Of a stretch of 64,000 nucleotides of DNA, positions 52,382-62,869 are shown piece by piece. Within the stretch, counting starts at the first letter, position 1, and every line of letters begins with the position of its first letter. Location of the stretch: the NCBI GenBank assembly GCA_045602215.1, contig JAZSBE010000072.1, positions 1,390 to 65,389 of the forward strand. Reading direction: 5' to 3'. The DNA is from Eubacteriales bacterium (GTDB taxonomy: Bacteria > Bacillota > Clostridia > Oscillospirales > CAG-272). Below the pieces are notes generated by a model. The model made no database searches. It worked only from the letters and a program-made list of their open reading frames with translations, and was not told the origin of the DNA. The translations under genes were made by a program, and so were the position numbers.

Positions 52382-52410
52382 TTGACAAACGAAAAAGGAT
52401 ATGATATAAT
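52382..52410 (+). promoter_or_regulatory. sigma70-type promoter of the tRNA operon
   Basis: TTGACA (52382-52387), 17 nt, TATAAT (52405-52410). Confidence 0.65.
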
Positions 52411-52447
52411 ATGCAAGTACCTGTTGGAGAGACCATCTCTCGGAGAT

Positions 52448-52521
<74 letters not shown>

Positions 52522-52579
52522 TAACATTGTTGCTTCCCGTCTTGAAAGACGGGAAGCAAACTAATGTTTCATCTCTGAT

Positions 52580-52656
<77 letters not shown>

Positions 52657-52668
52657 GAAATTGAATAT

Positions 52669-52746
52669 GGTGGGATTGGCGCAGTTGGTTAGCGCGTCAG
52701 GTTGTGGCCCTGAAGGCCGTGGGTTCGAATCCCATATCTCACCCCA
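52669..52746 (+). tRNA. tRNA-His (anticodon GUG) with extra 5' G(-1), CCA encoded
   Basis: G-1 followed by acceptor GTGGGAT/ATCTCAC, anticodon stem TCAGG/CCTGA with loop TTGTGGC (GTG at 52704-52706), T-loop GGTTCGAATCC. Confidence 0.9.
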
Positions 52747-52752
52747 GAAAAA

Positions 52753-52789
52753 AGATGCCGTGAAGCAATGCTTCACGTCATCTTTTTTC
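52753..52789 (+). terminator. Rho-independent terminator of the tRNA operon
   Basis: 14-bp stem AGATGCCGTGAAGC / GCTTCACGTCATCT (one mismatch) followed by T6. Confidence 0.75.
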
Positions 52790-52808
52790 TCGCGCGACGT
52801 CATGATTG

Positions 52809-53104
52809 AACCCACGAATTTGTCAGAGCAAGCTCTGACAAATTCCAAGAACGTGCGCTACCGCCGTACCTCGGCATCCCGCCGCACCATCGCGCACGTT
52901 TGGGTTCAGAATCCCATATCATTCACTTCAACCCACGAATTTGTCAGAGCAAGCTCTGACAAATTCCAAGAACGTGCGCTACCGCCGCACTTCGGCGTCC
53001 CGCCACATCATCGCGCACGTTTGGGTTCAAAATCCCATATCATTCACTTCAACCCACGAATTTGTCAGGGCAAGCTCTGACAAATTCCAAGAACGTGCGC
53101 TACC
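52809..53104. repeat. 2.45 tandem copies of a 121-bp unit with internal hairpins and a tRNA-His 3'-end-like segment
   Basis: Units start at 52809, 52930 and 53051 (partial). Each has a 14-bp palindrome GAATTTGTCAGAGC/GCTCTGACAAATTC and a 9-bp inverted repeat AACGTGCGC...GCGCACGTT. TGGGTTCAGAATCCCATATCATTCAC resembles the tRNA-His end GTGGGTTCGAATCCCATATCTCAC. Confidence 0.9.
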
Positions 53105-53110
53105 ATCATA

Positions 53111-54871
53111 TTACTGATAGTACTTCCTCAAAATCTCCATCGCCCTCTCCACGTTCCCTTCAAACGCCGCATCACTGACGTCGTAGTAACCGTCAAAAGA
53201 GTCTGTTGTGCTGTTTGCAGTCTTGTAGAACTCGGAGCCGTCGGGGTTCTTCATTCCCATTGCAACGAAGGAGGAAGCAGGAACCTCCCCTCCCTGTGCC
53301 ACGTCGTTTACGATATAGTTGCGGTCGAGAAGCAGACCGATCGCCTGACGGATCTCCTGCTGAGCAAGCTCTGCCTCAACACCGGTGAGGTTACTGTCTT
53401 TGGGCAGGATTCTTGCATTGACGTTCCAGCTGATATAATAGGTGCCGATCCGACCGTCCGCCCGAAACTCGGCAGGATACGCAGCCTTCAGCGTAGCGAT
53501 CTCTGCGGTCGGAACGCTATCAATGAGCTGCCATGCGCCATTCTTGAAGTTGGTGAGCATGGTGTTCTCATTGTCAGACAGATGGCAGTTGATGGTCTGC
53601 ATGGTAACCGTGTCGTGGTATTTTGGATTCTTCGCAAGAACGATATTGCTATCATGCTCCCAGGCGGAAATGGTGTACGGGCCGTTTCCAACAAAGGAGC
53701 TTGCCTCGGTCGCCCAGTTCGCGTTTGCTACAGTCGCGGCGTGTACGGGGAAATAGGTTGGGAATGCAAGCAGCTCGTTCCAGTATGGTGCATCATTTGC
53801 AATGGTAACGGTGATCGTTCTCGCCTCGTCATTGGCAACGGCAGCCAGTCTGGCTCCCTCAACACCCTTTGCAACGTCCTCGTAACCAACGATAAGCTCA
53901 AACATATAGCCGTAGTCAGCACCGAGAGATGCAGATGCGGCACGATTCCAGGAATAGACGAAATCGGACGCCTTCAGCGTCTCGCCGTTGCTCCACTTCA
54001 GCCCCTCCTTCAGGGTATAGGTGTAGGTGACGGTTCCGTCCGCGTTTTTCACCCCCGCGGGAAGATCCTTTGCACAGTCGGGCGCGATGATCAGCTTACC
54101 CTCGGCATCCTGATCCCATTTTGCAAGACCCGAGAAGAGATGCGCGATCATCGTAGCACCGTCCACCGCGCTATTAAGCGCAGGATCAAGGCTGTCAGGC
54201 TCGGAGCCGATGCAGATATCCAAGGTGTTCCTCCCTTGGACGGTGGCATTCATAAAGTACTTGTACCCCAAGGGATTGGAGTAGAACCCTTGAACCGAAT
54301 CATCCACCATATAAAGGTCGGTGTAGTAGTACAAAGGGGTGATGCATCCGGTTGCCATCAGCATATCCTCGGCAAGGTGCATCATCGCATAACGGTTCTC
54401 GTTGTTGGTTTCCGCCTTGATCTTGGCGATCAGCACATCATAGGTCTCCGCCCACGTCCCATTGGTTACGACCACGTCACCATAGCCGTAGTGGGTCAGA
54501 TCAAGGTTGTACATCTTCAAATTTGCGTGATCTCCCTTGCCAAGCTGAACGTCATTGTTCCCCGAGTAACTGGTCCACATATCCAAAAAACAGATGGGAT
54601 CGCTGTAATCCGCAATCCAGCCGTTCCGCGCGATGGTGTAGTCCCCCTGCTTACGGGTGTCAAGAAAGGTGTTCCACTCCTGGTTTTCCAGTCTCACAGT
54701 GATGCCGTGCGCTGCAAGCGCGGACTGGACGTATTCAGCGATCGCCTTGTGCGCGTCGCTGGTATTATAGATATAGGTCATCGTCGGAAACTTGCTCTCT
54801 GCCCTCTTCTTGCAAGAAGCAAGACCGAGCAGCATCGTCAAAACAAGAACCATTGCCAAAAGCTTTTTCAT
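53111..54871 (-). CDS. peptide/nickel ABC transporter substrate-binding lipoprotein (family 5, OppA-like), apparently circularly permuted
   Basis: Start at ATG 54871. Signal MKKLLAMVLVLTMLLGLASC. The mature N-terminus carries the canonical C-terminal block (YNTSDAHKAIA...LENQEWNTFLDTRKQGDYTIARNGWIADYSDP). The canonical N-terminal block (TLDICIGSEPDSLDPA...LKWSNGETLKASDFVYSW) follows from about residue 210. Confidence 0.85.
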   Translation of the reverse strand: MKKLLAMVLVLTMLLGLASCKKRAESKFPTMTYIYNTSDAHKAIAEYVQSALAAHGITVRLENQEWNTFLDTRKQGDYTIARNGWIADYSDPICFLDMWTSYSGNNDVQLGKGDHANLKMYNLDLTHYGYGDVVVTNGTWAETYDVLIAKIKAETNNENRYAMMHLAEDMLMATGCITPLYYYTDLYMVDDSVQGFYSNPLGYKYFMNATVQGRNTLDICIGSEPDSLDPALNSAVDGATMIAHLFSGLAKWDQDAEGKLIIAPDCAKDLPAGVKNADGTVTYTYTLKEGLKWSNGETLKASDFVYSWNRAASASLGADYGYMFELIVGYEDVAKGVEGARLAAVANDEARTITVTIANDAPYWNELLAFPTYFPVHAATVANANWATEASSFVGNGPYTISAWEHDSNIVLAKNPKYHDTVTMQTINCHLSDNENTMLTNFKNGAWQLIDSVPTAEIATLKAAYPAEFRADGRIGTYYISWNVNARILPKDSNLTGVEAELAQQEIRQAIGLLLDRNYIVNDVAQGGEVPASSFVAMGMKNPDGSEFYKTANSTTDSFDGYYDVSDAAFEGNVERAMEILRKYYQ

Positions 54872-54952
54872 GGTAAATGCATTCCTTTCGGTTGCTTTAT
54901 TTTTCAATTCCCAGCCCTTTCCGCTCACCCCGCAAAGCAATTCCGCGTCGCA

Positions 54953-55975
54953 TTAGTTGATTCTTGACGTGTAGTGGCAGGCGACGAAATGTCCCTTGGT
55001 AACCTCCTTCAATTCAGGAGGATCGTCGGCGCAACGCTCGGTCGCATAGGGGCAACGCGTGCGGAAGGGGCAGCAGGAGGGCGTGTTGAGCGGACTGGGA
55101 ATATCTCCGCCCAAGGCAATTCTCCGATTGGCGCGCGCAATCTTTGGATCGGGGATCGGGACCGCAGAAATCAACGCCTTGGAGTAGGGATGAAGCGGGT
55201 GATGGTAGATCTCGTCCGCATCGGCAAGCTCAACGATCTTGCCAAGATACATAACCGCGATACGGTCACTGATGTGACGGACGACCAAAAGATCGTGCGC
55301 GATGAACAGATAGGCGAGTCCAAGCTTCTCTTGCAGATCACCGAACATATTGATGACCTGCGCCTGAATGGACACGTCCAGAGCCGAAACAGGCTCGTCA
55401 CAAACGATAAAATCGGGAGAGATCGCAAGTGCTCTTGCAATTCCGATTCTCTGACGCTGACCGCCCGAAAACTCATGTGCATAACGGGACGCGTGCTCGC
55501 TGTTAAGCCCCACGTCGTTCATGAGCTGCAGAATTTTCTCTCGGCGTTCCTTTTGACTCGCATAAAGCTTATGGATATCCAAGGGCTCGCCGATGATATC
55601 CGAAACCGTCATACGGGGGTTGAGGGAGGAGTACGGGTCCTGAAAGACCATCGTCGCCTTCTTGCGGAACGCACGGACGTCAGCCTTGGTCACGATCTCC
55701 TTGCCGCGGTAGAGGATCTGACCGCCCGTGGGCTTGTAGAGATGCAGGAGCGTGCGTCCAACCGTGGTCTTTCCGCACCCCGACTCTCCGACAAGTCCCA
55801 GCGTCTCCCCCTTGCCCACGGAGAAGGAAACGCCGTCAACCGCCTTGAGGGGCTTGTTTTTGAAAGCATTGATACTGACGTTAAAATATTGCTTGAGATC
55901 CTTGACCTCAATCAAGGGGGCATTTTCCTCTGCGCGCTCGGATGACCGTACTTCCTTGTTTTCTGCCTCACGCAT
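54953..55975 (-). CDS. peptide ABC transporter ATP-binding protein (OppF-like)
   Basis: Walker A GESGCGKTT, signature FSGGQRQR, Walker B IVCDEPVSALD. Start at ATG 55975, overlapping the upstream gene by 8 nt. Confidence 0.85.
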   Translation of the reverse strand: MREAENKEVRSSERAEENAPLIEVKDLKQYFNVSINAFKNKPLKAVDGVSFSVGKGETLGLVGESGCGKTTVGRTLLHLYKPTGGQILYRGKEIVTKADVRAFRKKATMVFQDPYSSLNPRMTVSDIIGEPLDIHKLYASQKERREKILQLMNDVGLNSEHASRYAHEFSGGQRQRIGIARALAISPDFIVCDEPVSALDVSIQAQVINMFGDLQEKLGLAYLFIAHDLLVVRHISDRIAVMYLGKIVELADADEIYHHPLHPYSKALISAVPIPDPKIARANRRIALGGDIPSPLNTPSCCPFRTRCPYATERCADDPPELKEVTKGHFVACHYTSRIN

Positions 55976-56987
55976 CGGTATCCCCGCCCTTCCTAGGCTT
56001 GATGGAGCCGTCCTCAATTCCCTTCTTCACGTTCATCCAACAGCTTGCGCGATGCCACTCACCAATCTCCATGGACTGCGCGCACCTGCGAAGGCAGATC
56101 TTCATTGCTGCGTCGCATCTGGGGGCGAAGGGACAACCTGACGGCAAGTTCAACAAATCGATTGGCGTGCCCGAAATAGGGCGCAGAGGAGATCCGTCGC
56201 CCGTCACCGAGGGAACGGAACGGAGCAATCCTTTGGTGTATTCGTGACGGGGATTGTAGAAGATCTCCTCCGCCGTTCCCTGCTCGCAGATGGATCCCGC
56301 GTACATCACGATCACCTCGTCACACATTTGCGCGACAACGCCGAGATCGTGCGTGATCATGATGATCGCCATGCCCAGCTCCTTCTGCAGGGAGCTCATC
56401 AGCTCCAGAATCTGCGCCTGAATGGTCACGTCAAGCGCCGTGGTAGGCTCGTCGGCAATGAGAATATCCGGTTCGCATGCCAACGCCATCGCGATTACGA
56501 TGCGCTGACGCATCCCGCCCGAAAACTCAAAGGGGTACTGCTTCATACGCCGCTCTGGCTCGTTGATGTTGACGAGGCGTAGCATCTCGATCGCGCGCTC
56601 CTTTGCCTCCTGCCGATTTCTCGGCGTGTGAAGCATAATCGCCTCCATCAGCTGATGACCGATGGTGTAGGTGGGGTTGAGGGAGGTCATCGGATCCTGA
56701 AAAATGATCGAGATCCTGTTTCCTCTGATGCCCTTCATTGTTTTTTCGCTTGCCCCCACCAGCTCCTGTCCGTCAAGCTTGATGGAGGAGCCCTCCTTGA
56801 TCCTTGCACTGGATGCAAGGATCTGCATGATCGAATATGCGGTCACCGACTTCCCCGAGCCGGATTCCCCCACGATCCCCAAAACCTTTCCTCTTTCGAG
56901 GTCGAAGGAAACGCCGTTTACCGCGTGGACCTCTCCTGCATCCGTGAAAAAGGAGACGTGCAAATTTCTGACCTCAAGTAATGCCAT
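55968..56987 (-). CDS. peptide ABC transporter ATP-binding protein (OppD-like)
   Basis: Walker A GESGSGKSV, signature FSGGMRQR, Walker B LIADEPTTALD, C-terminal Cys-containing oligopeptide-type extension. Confidence 0.9.
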   Translation of the reverse strand: MALLEVRNLHVSFFTDAGEVHAVNGVSFDLERGKVLGIVGESGSGKSVTAYSIMQILASSARIKEGSSIKLDGQELVGASEKTMKGIRGNRISIIFQDPMTSLNPTYTIGHQLMEAIMLHTPRNRQEAKERAIEMLRLVNINEPERRMKQYPFEFSGGMRQRIVIAMALACEPDILIADEPTTALDVTIQAQILELMSSLQKELGMAIIMITHDLGVVAQMCDEVIVMYAGSICEQGTAEEIFYNPRHEYTKGLLRSVPSVTGDGSPLRPISGTPIDLLNLPSGCPFAPRCDAAMKICLRRCAQSMEIGEWHRASCWMNVKKGIEDGSIKPRKGGDTDA

Positions 56988-57005
56988 CGCTCTGCTCTTC
57001 CTTTC

Positions 57006-58064
57006 TTAACGATTGAGTTTGGGATCAAACGCATCGCGCAGTCCGTCTCCGAACAGATTCAGAGAAAGCACGATGAGAGAGATCACCACTGCGGGGACCA
57101 CCAAACGGTAGGGGTAGGTGTAGATCCCGTTCAATGCATCCGACGCAAGAGAGCCCAGAGACGGGGTCGGCGCATTGACGCCAAGTCCAAGGAAGGAAAG
57201 ATAGCTCTCGGTAAAGATCGCGCCGGGGATCTGAAGCGCGGTCGAAATAATGATCACACTGATGCAGTTGGGAACCAAGTGCTTCCGAATGATCCAGCCG
57301 CTCCCGGCACCCGACGCACGCGCGGAAAGCACGTATTCCTGCTCACGCAGGGAGAGGATCTGTCCGCGGATCAAGCGGGCCATGGAAACCCAGTAAAGAA
57401 GCGCGAATACGATAAACAGGCTGATGATGTTACTGCCGATCCTGTCGAGTGCCGTGCCGTCAAGGGCGTCACCGATCACCAGCTTCAGCACCGATGCCAA
57501 AAGGATGACCATCAGCATATCCGGCAAGGAGTAGATGATATCCACGACACGCATGATGACAAGGTCAACCGCGCCGCCGCAATATCCCGCGACAGATCCG
57601 ATCAGCATGCCAACCGCCAGAACGATAATGCTTGCAAACAGACCGACCGCGAGAGAAACGCGCATCCCGTACACCACGCGGATCAGATAGTCTCTGCCGT
57701 GCGCGTCCGTTCCGAAAATATGCGGAAACACCTTCTCGCCGTTTTCGATGCGAATCATTTCGGTCTTGCCGTATTCAAAGGGGCGAAGATTGTTATAGGA
57801 GGCGTCCATTCTTCCGTACTTGCCCATTCCCAGCATCTCGTCATAGCCGTAGGGCCAGAACAGGGGCAGGAAAATACACGTCAGCGTCAGGATCACGATC
57901 ACGAAGAAGCTGACGGTCGCAACCTTGTTTCCAAGAAGTCGCTTCACACCGTCTTTGAAGAAGGTGGTCGAGGGGCGCATCTCTAGCATGTATTCCTTCT
58001 CCGCCTCGGTTGCAGGAAGAAACGCGTCCGCGTCAAGATGCATTTCTTGCGTTTTTTCACTCAC
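57006..58064 (-). CDS. peptide ABC transporter permease (OppC-like)
   Basis: 352 aa. BPD_transp_1-type core with an EAA-like loop (ARASGAGSGWIIRKHLVPN). Extended N-terminus typical of OppC. Confidence 0.85.
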   Translation of the reverse strand: MSEKTQEMHLDADAFLPATEAEKEYMLEMRPSTTFFKDGVKRLLGNKVATVSFFVIVILTLTCIFLPLFWPYGYDEMLGMGKYGRMDASYNNLRPFEYGKTEMIRIENGEKVFPHIFGTDAHGRDYLIRVVYGMRVSLAVGLFASIIVLAVGMLIGSVAGYCGGAVDLVIMRVVDIIYSLPDMLMVILLASVLKLVIGDALDGTALDRIGSNIISLFIVFALLYWVSMARLIRGQILSLREQEYVLSARASGAGSGWIIRKHLVPNCISVIIISTALQIPGAIFTESYLSFLGLGVNAPTPSLGSLASDALNGIYTYPYRLVVPAVVISLIVLSLNLFGDGLRDAFDPKLNR

Positions 58065-58078
58065 GTACGGTTCCTCCT

Positions 58079-59008
58079 TTATTCCAAATGGATTCTCGGG
58101 TCAACCACCTTGTACAGGATGTCGCCGACCAGATTCATCACGACGATCAAAAGAGCCAGAATGATGGTCGTTCCCATCACCAAGGGGTAGTCTCGGTTGG
58201 TAATGCTGTTCACAAAGGAGCGTCCGATGCCCGGAACGGCAAAGATCTGCTCCACCACCAGAGATCCGGTAACGATATACGCCAGCATAGGTCCAAAATA
58301 GGTGATCACGGGGATCAGCGCATTTTTGAGCGCATGACCAAAGATGATGCTGACAGAGGACACCCCCTTTGCCTTGGCGGTACGAATGTAATCCTGCCCC
58401 AACACGTCCAGCATCGAGGAGCGTGTCAGGCGGGTAATATACGCCATCGGATAAAGCGACAAGGTGATAACGGGCAGCACGAGTCCCGCCGCCGTTTCAC
58501 CGTTTGCGGGCACCCATTGCAGCTGACCTGCGATCACGAGCAGCAAGAGCGAGCCCATAATAAAAGATGGCATAGATACGAACGCCGTGGTGACAACCAT
58601 GATCGCGCGATCTGCAAGCCTGTTACGGCGGAGGGCCGCCAGCGCGCCGAGAACCACGCCAAACACCAGCGCAATGCCTGCGGCGCACAGTCCCAGCTTT
58701 CCCGACGTCTTCATTCCGTCGGCAATGATCCCGATCACGGTCATTCCCTCTTTTTTGATCGAGGGGCCGAAGTCAAATTTAGTCACGATATCCTTCAGAT
58801 AGGTTCCGTATTGCTCCATCAGAGGCTTGTCCAGTCCGTACTTTGCCTCAAGCGTCGCCTTCGCCTGCTCGGTCATGGCTTTTTCCCCGAGAAAAGGGCC
58901 GCCAGGAACTGCATGCATCACAAAGAAGGTCACCGTGATCACGACCCAGACGGTCAACGTCGCAAGCAGGATTCGCTTTGCGATATAGAGCATCGTTTTT
59001 GAATCCAT
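58079..59008 (-). CDS. peptide ABC transporter permease (OppB-like)
   Basis: 309 aa. YIAKRILLATLTVWVVITVTFFVMH N-terminus and TAKAKGVSSVSIIFGHALKNA EAA loop. GGGAGGGA RBS. Confidence 0.85.
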   Translation of the reverse strand: MDSKTMLYIAKRILLATLTVWVVITVTFFVMHAVPGGPFLGEKAMTEQAKATLEAKYGLDKPLMEQYGTYLKDIVTKFDFGPSIKKEGMTVIGIIADGMKTSGKLGLCAAGIALVFGVVLGALAALRRNRLADRAIMVVTTAFVSMPSFIMGSLLLLVIAGQLQWVPANGETAAGLVLPVITLSLYPMAYITRLTRSSMLDVLGQDYIRTAKAKGVSSVSIIFGHALKNALIPVITYFGPMLAYIVTGSLVVEQIFAVPGIGRSFVNSITNRDYPLVMGTTIILALLIVVMNLVGDILYKVVDPRIHLE

Positions 59009-59174
59009 GTGTCATCCCTCCCTTGATTCATTCATGCAAAGGCAATTCGGGGCGAGCCTGAACCGCCGAATATTCGTCACATTATCAATATAACCTTTAT
59101 CCGAAATTTTAATCAGACGATGCCGTTTTCGCGCATCCTTTTTTTGTTTTTTGGGTCATATTTTGCTGTTTGAC

Positions 59175-59207
59175 ACAAAAAAGCACCGAGGAAAACATCC
59201 TCGGTGC
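59175..59207 (-). terminator. Rho-independent terminator after groEL
   Basis: 9-bp stem GCACCGAGG / CCTCGGTGC flanked by A7 (T7 on the reverse strand) and T5. Confidence 0.75.
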
Positions 59208-59226
59208 TTTTTATCAAGCGATTCAA

Positions 59227-60858
<1,632 letters not shown>

Positions 60859-60876
60859 TCAAAATCCTCCTACGTA

Positions 60877-61164
60877 TTAGTCAACGATCGCCAGAATATC
60901 GCTCTGCTTTACGATGGTATATTCTACGCCGTCCATCTTTACTTCAGTACCGCTGTACTTGCCGCAAATCACCTTGTCGCCAACCTTGACGTCCATGGGA
61001 ATGAGCTTTCCGTCATCGGTGTACGCGCCGGGGCCAACTGCCACAACCTCTGCTACCTGAGGCTTTTCCTGTGCAGACGCAGTCAGAAAAATACCCGTCT
61101 TGGTCTTTTCCTCGGCCTCTACAAGCTTTACAACCACTCTGTCAGCCAACGGTTTGATGTTCAT
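60877..61164 (-). CDS. groES: co-chaperonin GroES (Hsp10)
   Basis: 95 aa. [13 protein letters not shown]...TKTGIFL mobile-loop region. Lies 21 nt upstream of groEL. Confidence 0.95.
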   Translation of the reverse strand: MNIKPLADRVVVKLVEAEEKTKTGIFLTASAQEKPQVAEVVAVGPGAYTDDGKLIPMDVKVGDKVICGKYSGTEVKMDGVEYTIVKQSDILAIVD

Positions 61165-61214
61165 ATCTAATTCCTCCTCATATCTCAGATCGAATCTGCG
61201 TCAAATCTGTCTTG

Positions 61215-61241
61215 TTAGCACTTGAATGTTTTGAGTGCTAA
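61215..61241 (-). promoter_or_regulatory. CIRCE operator (HrcA binding site) upstream of groES
   Basis: TTAGCACTT-N9-GAGTGCTAA, one mismatch to the consensus TTAGCACTC-N9-GAGTGCTAA. Lies 50 nt upstream of the groES start. Confidence 0.85.
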
Positions 61242-61449
61242 CTCATGCTATTATTTTATCCTTCTTTTGGAAAAAATCAAGAGCTTGGCGGCAAAGTTCA
61301 CAGTCTTTTAACAATATATATCTTTTTCAACATTTTCGCCGTAAAAAAAGGGGGGATCGAGCCGTCCGTGTCATAGTTTTTTTGACGCGCGCATACCCTA
61401 TGGTATCCCTCTGACAAGTTCGGAGGAGCATCGGAAAGGAGGTAATACG

Positions 61450-62832
61450 ATGGACGCAATTCGTTGGATTCTGACAGGCGGCTTGATTCCCTTCTGTCTG
61501 CTTCTTTGCGGAGGTTTTTTTCTGATCTATCTCCGCATACGCCCCTTCCGCCACCCCAAAAAAATGATGGACGCCCTCAAAAAATCCCCCACGGAGGGGG
61601 TCTCTCCCTTCCGCGCCGTCACCTTGGCACTTGCAGGAACACTTGGAGTGGGCAACATCGTGGGAGTGGCAAGTGCTTTGCTCATCGGGGGCGCGGGGGC
61701 GATTTTTTGGATGTGGATCTCGGCAGGGCTTGCCATGATCCTCAAATACGCCGAGATCCTGCTTGCAGTCAAGCACCGACGGGTGAGACGGGACGGGAGC
61801 TGCTACGGCGGTGCGGTCTATTACATCAGGTCGTATTTTGAAGGCGTCAGGCACGCCAAGGTCGGGCGTGTGCTTGCCATCGCGTTCTCCACCCTGATGA
61901 TTCTGGACGCCCTGTGCATGGGTTGCATGATTCAGGTCAACGCCATCGCATCCTCCCTTGACGGCGTCCTCGGTGTCTCCCCTACCCTCTGTGGTTTGCT
62001 TTTACTCCTTCTCACCTTCCCCGTGATCCTACGAGGCTCCAAGGGGATCTCCGCGCTCACCGAATACCTCGTTCCCATGATGTCTCTTGGCTACCTGATC
62101 CTATCCCTCGCCGTTCTTTGGCTTTGCCGTGATGCCCTTCTTCCAACCCTTTCCCGCATCGTGTTCGAGGCATTCTCCCCTATGGGCGCGGCAGGCGGCA
62201 TCTGGGGCTTTCTCACCTCTCGCGCCCTGCGCGTGGGAACCATGCGCGGCATCCTCTCCAACGAGGCGGGCTGCGGCACAGCCCCCACCGCCCACGCGTC
62301 CGCCGCGACAGACGCCCCTGCCGCGCAGGGGGTATGGGGGATCTTTGAGGTGTTTGTGGATACCATCGTGCTTTGCACCGTGACAGCCCTTGTGATTCTC
62401 CTTGCCTTCCCCGACCTCCATGACTTCGGTCTTTCACCCACGCTCATGACCGTCAACGCCTATTCCTCTGTTTTGGGCGGCTGGGCGGGCTATTTTCTGT
62501 GCGCCGCCATCTTCTGCTTTGGCTATGCGACCGTCATCTGCTGGGCGGGGTACGGAGCGGAGAGCGTGCGCGCCATCTCCAAAAAGAAGCGCTACCTCGC
62601 CCTCTATTTTCTCCTGTTTGGCGTCTGTCTTTTGCTTGGCGTCAGGAGTGCGCCGAGCTACGTGTGGGACGTTGCGGATTTTTCCATCGCATCGCTGACC
62701 GCCATCAACCTTGCCGTGTTGCTCCTTATGCGACGTGAAATCAAGCAAGAAACAGACCTTTTCTTTGCAAGAAAGCGACACGTCCCCCGCGCAAAGGGAA
62801 AAGCAACCTTGACAAACCGCGCCAACCCGTGA
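61450..62832 (+). CDS. alanine/glycine:cation symporter (AGCS family)
   Basis: 460 aa. SPFRAVTLALAGTLGVGNIVGVASAL and GGAGAIFWMW are characteristic of AGCS. AAAGGAGGT RBS. Confidence 0.85.
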   Translation: MDAIRWILTGGLIPFCLLLCGGFFLIYLRIRPFRHPKKMMDALKKSPTEGVSPFRAVTLALAGTLGVGNIVGVASALLIGGAGAIFWMWISAGLAMILKYAEILLAVKHRRVRRDGSCYGGAVYYIRSYFEGVRHAKVGRVLAIAFSTLMILDALCMGCMIQVNAIASSLDGVLGVSPTLCGLLLLLLTFPVILRGSKGISALTEYLVPMMSLGYLILSLAVLWLCRDALLPTLSRIVFEAFSPMGAAGGIWGFLTSRALRVGTMRGILSNEAGCGTAPTAHASAATDAPAAQGVWGIFEVFVDTIVLCTVTALVILLAFPDLHDFGLSPTLMTVNAYSSVLGGWAGYFLCAAIFCFGYATVICWAGYGAESVRAISKKKRYLALYFLLFGVCLLLGVRSAPSYVWDVADFSIASLTAINLAVLLLMRREIKQETDLFFARKRHVPRAKGKATLTNRANP

Positions 62833-62869
62833 TATAATAACAGTATCTTCTATCCGTTTTGGAGGTATT

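Noticed and set aside
52809-53104. Possibility that the 121-bp direct repeats are a CRISPR array
   Set aside because: The units are contiguous with no unique spacers, the period is far too long, and no cas genes are present.
52669-53110. Genomic island or integrated mobile element at tRNA-His
   Set aside because: A tRNA 3'-end-like direct repeat is present. However, no integrase, excisionase, transposase or foreign-looking cargo is seen anywhere in the window, and the next gene is a housekeeping opp operon. It is kept only as one hypothesis for the origin of the repeat.
61165-61449. Glycine riboswitch upstream of the AGCS symporter gene
   Set aside because: I looked for the GGAGAG...CACCG...GGGGCAA-type conserved cores and found none. 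The region is dominated by the divergent groES promoter and CIRCE.
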